Source: Nemertoderma westbladi
Lineage: Eukaryota > Animalia > Xenacoelomorpha
DNA: 64,000 bases
NCBI GenBank assembly: GCA_032718475.1
Contig: JAUCBJ010008675.1
Span: 44,769 to 108,768, forward strand
Direction of reading: 5' to 3'
Shown here: one piece after another, positions 63,312 through 64,000 of the stretch
How the letters are laid out: each line of letters opens with the position of its first letter
Numbering within the stretch: position 1 is the first letter of the stretch
The notes under the pieces: generated by a model
The model's input: only the letters and a program-made list of their open reading frames with translations
Database searches by the model: none
Told to the model about the DNA's origin: nothing
Program-made: the position numbers and the translations under genes

Positions 63312-63509
63312 GTTCTCGGTCTCAGCTGTTTCGCCTCCCGGATCACCGGGGCGCTGGGAGCCCGTCGAGTCCGCGGCCGACGGGATGTTAACGGTCTCGT
63401 GGAACTCCGGGCCGATCGGATACGTCGTGGCCATGGCAACGGTCGGGAGCCCGGAGTCACTAAACCCAGGATCAGTCGGTACTCCTCGAACCACTCGTCT
63501 GCTAGGTTC
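63312..63509 (-). CDS. C3orf20: C3orf20-like host gene exon
   Basis: ctgaccctag| 198 nt |gtgagt, phase 2/2; NLADEWFEEYRLILGL...RAPSAPVIREAKQLRPR. Confidence 0.7.
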
Positions 63510-63800
63510 CTAGGGTCAGTCACAATGAGTCATTAATATAATTATTAAAGACTGCACTGTTGAATAAGGTGAATGAACTGGGACTTTTTAATTACGAAAT
63601 TGAAAGTTTATTCTTATTTATTGAAAACTATTTTTCTCCTAATTAAGAATCTGACGCTGTAGGGATTAAACTATCAATGCCAGAGGTGGTGGATCATGGT
63701 TTATGACACCTGTAGGTTAACTATAAGGTCACATGGTCAAATGATTAATGGAATTTAGTTTCACTTCGTACAAACTTGTAAGATAATTTGAATCCCTTAC

Positions 63801-63892
63801 ATAACTTGTCGCTTTAGCTTTGCCAGATCCCGCTCAACTTGTGTATCTAACCCATAGTCCAACCCATCCATTAACTTTGCGATTTCTTCAGC
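63801..63892 (-). CDS. C3orf20: C3orf20-like host gene exon (gene continues beyond the window)
   Basis: attttatag| 92 nt |gtaagg, phase 0/2; AEEIAKLMDGLDYGLDTQVERDLAKLKRQV joins in frame to the next exon. Confidence 0.7.
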
Positions 63893-64000
63893 CTATAAAA
63901 TATCAAACAATCATATACTGTAATTCACTGAATACCATAATAATATATTTCACCTACTTAACTTTAGTTGAGATAACATAGAGTTTTGTGGTATTTCCTG

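Noticed and set aside
63204-63523. Stand-alone 96-aa and 71-aa ORFs
   Set aside because: The 71-aa frame is the spliced exon 63312-63509 plus intron ends; the 96-aa ORF is an alternative frame.

Overview
AT-rich, repeat-dense eukaryotic (invertebrate animal-like) genomic DNA, not prokaryotic. The ORF track misses the main structure. A spliced minus-strand gene resembling C3orf20 enters from beyond the right edge. Eight phase-compatible GT-AG exons can be chained from 63892 down to a stop at 19583. Four intact, coding-intronless housekeeping genes sit inside its introns: RPL23 (+), DPH6 (+), CHERP (-) and MFSD8 (+). Two tandem arrays (45 bp and 50 bp) are amplified copies of this host gene's own splice acceptor and splice donor. 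The rest is transposon material: a GC-rich Mag-type Gypsy element with tiny LTRs and an IVED RT motif, a CR1/L2-type LINE with a 2A peptide and PHD finger, RTE-type LINEs, tRNA-derived SINEs, MULE-like MITEs with TSDs, Helentron-like 1.55-kb tandem units carrying a diverged 3-kb dimer, and Tc1/mariner-type excision footprints. All calls were made by eye and from recalled family motifs; no searches were run.
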